Source: Candidatus Latescibacterota bacterium (GTDB taxonomy: Bacteria; Latescibacterota; UBA2968; UBA8231). Taken from it: a stretch of 64,000 nucleotides of DNA. The stretch's first letter is position 1. Each line of letters begins with the position of its first letter. The notes under the pieces were generated by a model. That model made no database searches, was not told where the DNA came from, and was given only the letters and a program-made list of their open reading frames with translations. This document shows, in pieces, positions 63,998 through 64,000 of this stretch. Both the position numbers and the translations under genes were made by a program. Location of the stretch: positions 128,001 to 192,000 of the forward strand of contig CBDAOB010000004.1 in assembly GCA_965197905.1 (NCBI GenBank), written 5' to 3'.

Positions 63998-64000
63998 AGA

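Overview
GC-rich (roughly 60% by eye) bacterial chromosomal segment, mostly housekeeping and metabolic genes. These include a parE-type topoisomerase, DEAD-box helicase, gltX, glnS, dapL, nadA, yejABEF-like ABC importer, xylA, hydroxyacid-oxoacid transhydrogenase, murB, murD, three hybrid histidine kinases, glcF, two ABC exporters plus DUF1854, cysH, fpr, argC, tatD, rfbB/polysaccharide export genes, dut, a xanthine-dehydrogenase-family Mo enzyme and an RND efflux system. Gene style suggests an FCB-group (Latescibacterota-like) organism, which is inference only. Several genes are frameshifted, suggesting an imperfect consensus or gene decay. The standout is a complete 2085-bp IS1595-family element (42312-44396; 23-bp terminal inverted repeats, 8-bp ATAATTAT target duplication) inserted in the apparent argC promoter. 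Besides its transposase it carries two tandem CCA-ending tRNA-like RNAs: a 72-nt tmRNA-TLD-like RNA with G3·U70 whose 5' end overlaps the stop codon of a cargo coiled-coil/winged-helix ORF, and an 81-nt Arg-like tRNA body with a non-canonical anticodon arm. An antisense sigma70-like promoter and a perfect 15-bp hairpin bracket the pair. The second most notable region is a ~430-nt leader with two tandem terminators and a candidate antiterminator/uORF upstream of an HTH-ABC-ABC-DUF1854 operon.
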